Below, one piece after another: positions 61,836-64,000 of a stretch of 64,000 bases of DNA. Every line of letters begins with the position of its first letter. Position 1 is the stretch's first letter. Source of the stretch: Mobula hypostoma (lineage: Eukaryota); assembly GCF_963921235.1 (NCBI RefSeq), contig NC_086109.1, positions 27,406,001 through 27,470,000 on the forward strand, given 5' to 3'. The notes under the pieces are model-generated. The model saw nothing but the letters and a program-made list of their open reading frames with translations. It had not been told where the DNA came from and ran no database searches. Position numbers and translations under genes: made by a program.

Positions 61836-62910
61836 GAGTGAATGATCCTGTTGTAGTAATCATGTGAAGGTCACAGGCATGACTGACTCCACAAAAAGCA
61901 TGGCCACATGATGCCAAATGAGCACATGGAAAAACAAATTTATTAGTTGTTCTGTGGAACACTGTGGACATGCAATGTTGGTGCTGGAAGAATGGTGACA
62001 CTTGCAGGCTTCTCCCATCATTTCCTTGGGTGTGCTGGTTGTCATACAAATTAGGCATTTTACTGTTTATTTCAATATACATATGTTAAATAAAATGTGA
62101 ATCTGAATCTCAATTGTATAACAACTGAAGAAAGAATGTTATGCAACTGAATTTCAGACAAATATACCTTTCACAGTTTTTTTTACATTGCTTTATTTAA
62201 TTTGTTGTGCTCTCAGGACGTTGATCACAAAAGATGGATGATGACCTTTTATAGATGCACTTTAAAAAGAAATCAAGATTAGCACAGATATCCTCATTGG
62301 TTTAATGGCATGGCTTATAATGTCTTACTTTTATTGGAGTCATCGCAACACGTCATAATGTCCGATAACACAACTCAGAGGCTAACAGCTATGCTGCAAC
62401 TTGTTCTTTGCAATATAGAACAAATACCCAGGTGCACTCCTTCAACCTTCCTGAAGACGGGCTCAGTTAATACCAGACGAGATGAAATTTACTTCAACTC
62501 AAGAGGCCCATTATTTTACACTAGGTGAAACCGGTGTTATCAGAGTTGCTATGTTCAAACAATGTAATACAGTATAATGACGCAAAGTAAATTCAAAGTA
62601 AAAAGCCCATGCATGAGAGAATGATCTTACTTAATTGTGCAATTTGATGCACCTCCTGACTCTCATCTACACATGTCCTTCACGAAGTACTGTTCTCTTG
62701 TTTCCAAGTTCTTGTAAACCTGCACTACTTAACTCATTCCGTTAACCAAACTGCAGAGTCAGATTTTAGCAGAACTGCCAATGTGCATAGGAGAAATGAA
62801 CATCAACCTAATTATATAGTAATTATTTAAATGTGAACACTCTAGGATATGCTGTAATCCAGCACAATAGTAATGACGGTGGAACTCTAAACACAAACAG
62901 AGTAAATTCA

Positions 62911-63660
62911 TTCAACACACACAAAATGCTGGTGGAACGCAGCAGGCCAGACAGCATCCATAGGAAGAAGCACAGTTGGCGTTTCGGGCCAAGACCCTTC
63001 GTCAGGACTAACTGAAAGAAGATATAGTAAGAGATTTGAAAGGGGGAGGGGGAGGTGGAGATCCGAAATGATAGGAGAAGACAGGAGGGAGAGGAATAGA
63101 GCTAAGAGCTGGGAAGTTGATTGGCAAAAGGGATACAAGGCTGGAGAAGGGAGAGGATTATGGGATGGGTGGCCTAGGGAGAAAGAAAGGGGGAGGGGAG
63201 TGCCAGAGGAAGATGGAGAGCAGGGGTAAGGGATGGGGTAAGAACAGGAGGAGTGGCATTAATGGAAATTAGAGAAGTCAATGTTCATGCCATGGGGTTG
63301 GAGGCTACCACACAGAATATAAGGTGTTGTTCCTCCAACCTGAGTGTGGCTTCATCTTGATAGTAGAGGAGGCCATGGATAGACATATTAGAATGGGAAT
63401 GGGACGTGGAATTAAAATGGGTTGCTGCTGGGAGATCCTGCTTTCTCTGGCAGACAGAGCATAGGTGTTCAGCGAAACGGTCTCCCAGTCTGCGTCGGGA
63501 CTCACCAATATATAGAAGGCTGCATCGGGAGCACTGGACACAGTATATCACACCAGCCGACTGACAGGTGAAGTGTCGCCTCACCTGGAAGGACTGTCTG
63601 AGGCCCTGAATGGTGGTGAGGGAGGAAGTGTAAGGGCATGTGTAGCACTTGTTCCACTTA
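62911..63660 (-). mobile_element. Penelope-like element (Neptune-type GIY-YIG endonuclease) 3' part; probable parent family of the mini-elements
   Basis: FTCQSAGVIYCVQCSRCSLLYIGESRRRLGDRFAEHL...ATHFN...RLEEQHLIF, followed by a UTR and the terminal repeat with agtcctgacgaagggtcttggcccgaaacgccaactg. Confidence 0.93.
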
Positions 63661-64000
63661 TAGTTCAACAATCCACTCCCCCAATTTGATTCTAAATCAT
63701 ACACTTAGAATCATTATACCTGAAAATTCAGAGGCAGAAAAACTTGTGGTATAAAATAGTCAAAGACTTCCTAAATTAGAAAATATCCTAACTTAGATTA
63801 GGATATATATTCGCCAAAGTTTTCATAAGATTATATCATGGTCAGGCAGATTAGGAGGCATACTTACACAAGTTTATGATCACTTTTAAACAAGTAAAAA
63901 AGATATAAATGATAAGGCATATTAATGTGAATAAAGTTACTCATTATACTGAGTAATCCCAGCTTCTGAGACTTAAATGAATCCAGAAAGGAATCCCATT

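Overview
Repeat-dense vertebrate genomic DNA. The repeat repertoire (V-SINEs, CR1, Rex1/Babar, RTE, Penelope, hAT, Tc1/mariner) suggests a cartilaginous fish, probably a ray (inference). I can support only one host coding sequence: a 76-nt internal exon on the minus strand (23404-23479, [25 protein letters not shown]) from the C2B domain of a CPNE5/CPNE8-type copine. It is absent from the ORF track. I found no neighbouring copine exon by eye, so the window is probably two very long introns. Almost all listed ORFs are decayed transposon fragments or chance ORFs. The main signal is a family of ~130-230 bp, usually palindromic, Penelope-derived mini-elements. Several have their own 13-14 bp target-site duplications (TSDs), and the family carries a minimal type I hammerhead-ribozyme motif (CAGTC-CTGANGA-stem II-GAAA-CGTC-GACTG) that lacks a monomeric helix III. 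One TSD-flanked Penelope insertion (37862-38855) appears to have captured ~300 bp from a locus ~5.5 kb away in the same intron. Other mosaics include non-autonomous hATs carrying a captured CR1 tail, a bipartite RTE-like element, a (TCTAA)n-tailed non-autonomous retroelement, two solo LTRs and several nested insertions. Boundaries without a quoted TSD are approximate, and all family assignments come from remembered motifs, not database searches.
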